Of a stretch of DNA of 64,000 bases, positions 62,101 to 64,000 are shown in pieces. The notes beneath the pieces are model-generated. The model did no database searches. It had not been told where the DNA came from and saw nothing but the letters and a program-made list of their open reading frames with translations. Each line of letters starts with the position of its first letter. Position 1 is the first letter of the stretch. Location of the stretch: contig NC_042997.1 of the NCBI RefSeq assembly GCF_006345805.1, positions 22,940,001 to 23,004,000 of the forward strand. The letters run 5' to 3'. The position numbers and the translations under genes are program-made. The stretch comes from Octopus sinensis (lineage: Eukaryota).

Positions 62101-62285
62101 TGGTGGCACGTAAAAAATACCCACTACACTTTTGGAGTGGTTGGTGTTGGGAAGGGTATCCAGCCCATAGAAACCTTGCCAAATCAGATTGGAACCTGGT
62201 GCAGCTCTCTGGCTTACCAGTTTTCAAACTGTCCAGCCTGCGCCAGCATGGAAAGTGGATGTTAATGATGATGATGATGATGATT
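59200..62285 (+). mobile_element. 5'-truncated RTE-clade LINE (endonuclease C-terminus, RT, PHD insert, C-terminus, 3' UTR), inactivated
   Basis: SQIDYIL (59209), YRGIKLL, Q.GFVPGRS, MEKAFDRVP, YADD disrupted by a CTGAT duplication (60870-60879), DSFRYL (61242); (ATG)n tail ending near 62283. Confidence 0.96.
59746..59973 (-). mobile_element. Young RTE 3' tail nested antisense in the older RTE, 7-bp TSD
   Basis: ACAGTAC at 59739-59745 and 59974-59980; excision restores the host frame IARQYLRVKNNV. Confidence 0.92.
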
Positions 62286-62389
62286 TCCTTGGAATGATGG
62301 AAACAAGGTAGACAACCATTAAGATTTGAATTTATAACACAACCCAACTAAAACTACAAACTACTTAGCATGATATTCTATTAAAAATA

Positions 62390-62480
62390 AATAAATGCGC
62401 CCTTTTAAAGCCTAGGCAGGCTCATGGGCCCAGTTTCCCGGTTTCTATGGCGTATGTGTTCTCCAGCTGGACGGGACTCT
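62390..62480 (-). mobile_element. SINE type C 3' fragment
   Basis: cccttttaaagcctaggcaggctcatgggcccagtttcccgg matches 31300-31380. Confidence 0.8.
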
Positions 62481-62862
62481 ATTAGTTTGACCAATTTTGG
62501 AGAAATGAGAAACACTTCTTGCATTTTATTTTACCATTTTAAACAAAAACAAATGAAATATTTTTCTGATATTTTCCCTCATTATGCTTTTAAAAATTAG
62601 CAAGACCTTTATTTTAAATATTATGTCAGCATTAACTCCTGTCCAAGCATTAAATCTATAGTGAGTGAGTGAGTGAGCTTTTTTATCTTGATTTTAAATA
62701 CTAATTAGTTAACAATGAATTGGAACAGCTATCTCTTGACAGAACATTTTTTTAATTGTTTTATTGTAGCATTTACTCAAGCAGCTGCCAAAAAACTAGA
62801 TATAATATTGTTGATTTGTATAAAATATGCAACTAAAAATGTTTACATTTTTTTTTATCTAG

Positions 62863-63012
62863 GAAGTAAGATGTTTGCAAGATAATTATGAGAAATTATC
62901 TGATGACTGTCAAGAAGCTGTACGTACCTTCACTGAAGATGAAGATGAAAACATTGAACTGGATGCTATTCTCATTCGAGCATGTACACCTATGATAAAA
63001 AAATTCTGTGAA
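62863..63012 (+). CDS. GLG1: GLG1 exon 12 (150 nt, EVRCLQDNYEKLSDDCQEAVRTFTEDEDENIELDAILIRACTPMIKKFCE); gene continues beyond the window
   Basis: atctag|GAA...GAA|gtaagc; matches vertebrate ELECLQDHLDDL...LLMRACEPIIQNFCH. Confidence 0.93.
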
Positions 63013-64000
63013 GTAAGCATTTTTATGAAATTATTATGTAAATGTCTTAACTTTCTTTTATTTCCACATTTTTTCTTGCCAGATGACTTTATTTGGTAGT
63101 TTATTTGAACAATCAGCTGAGCTGATTAGTAGTAGTTTGTATCCTATAACTAATGTTGCATTGTGCCTCCGACCAAGTACACCTACCTGCAAGTAAATAG
63201 TCCAGTGCTGTAAAATCAAAAGAGTTTGCTAGAGATTTCATAACTTCAACAGAAATATTAATGCACATGTTGGAAACATTCAGATGGGTAAACGTACATC
63301 TTTGCATCTTAGAATGAAGATGTAAATGAATTTAATATGTGCAACACAATCATTGGAAAAGCAGATAATTATATATTTCTCAAATTAAGCTGAGAGTTAC
63401 ATTGATTTTTCTACTTTACAGGAATCTATACATACAAATTGTTGCAAAAATGTAAGCAATGTACTCTAAATAGTTTATTGTTTTGGGGTAGTAAAGTCAG
63501 TGAGGATAAAGACATGGAGAACATACTGAAATGATGGAATTTGTAAGGGTTAGTTCATGCATCTATAACAAACACTTGAATTGGGAAACTGCATGTAGAA
63601 AGAGAATTCATGGAGTAGAAGACTTGTGCATATTTTTCAGAAGCAACTATCTGTTTTTGTGGTGGCACAGTATATAGAAGCTTGGCAGAAGGGCAACCAT
63701 AGAAAAGTGTTTGCCTGTGTATGTGGGTTTTAAAAGTAAAAATGAAGGGTGGAGTATCATAAGCAAAATTTTCATAAAGTCATAAAATTTTGAATATGAA
63801 AACACTATAAATTCACTCTGGAAGAAAATGATTAGTGAATGTATTTAGGTGGCTTCCACTCTGTGATTTGCAGCTGAACTGTTGTTAGCAGTAAGAAGGG
63901 TATCTAAGTGTAAAAAGGTTACTTCACAAATATAATCTTCAAGCATGAAAGAATGCATGTGAAACTTAAAAATATCTCTTCCAACTAATTTTGTTTTCCA

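Overview
AT-rich eukaryotic genomic DNA; the repeat landscape and microsatellites suggest a coleoid cephalopod, most likely Octopus (inference). The window holds the 5' part of one large + strand gene, GLG1 (Golgi apparatus protein 1 / MG-160 / ESL-1 / cysteine-rich FGF receptor). I traced 12 coding exons between 8890 and 63012, all with GT-AG boundaries and consistent phases, totalling 2034 nt (678 codons). The gene continues past the window end. The introns and upstream region are filled with decayed transposable elements: RTE-clade LINEs and their (ATG)n-tailed 3' ends, CR1-type LINE C-termini, at least four tRNA-headed SINE types, two Mariner families, MITE/foldback elements and Penelope-like relics. 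There are no prokaryotic features, CRISPR arrays or true RNA genes. The most interesting observations are a candidate in-frame 3-nt microexon (cag|GAA|gtaagt at 19711-19713), a complete PHD-type zinc finger inside the RT domain of the RTE LINE, a decayed hammerhead-ribozyme-like motif, and several long intronic fold-back structures that could be ADAR substrates. None of these is proven from sequence alone, and repeat boundaries without a target-site duplication (TSD) or terminal inverted repeat (TIR) are approximate.
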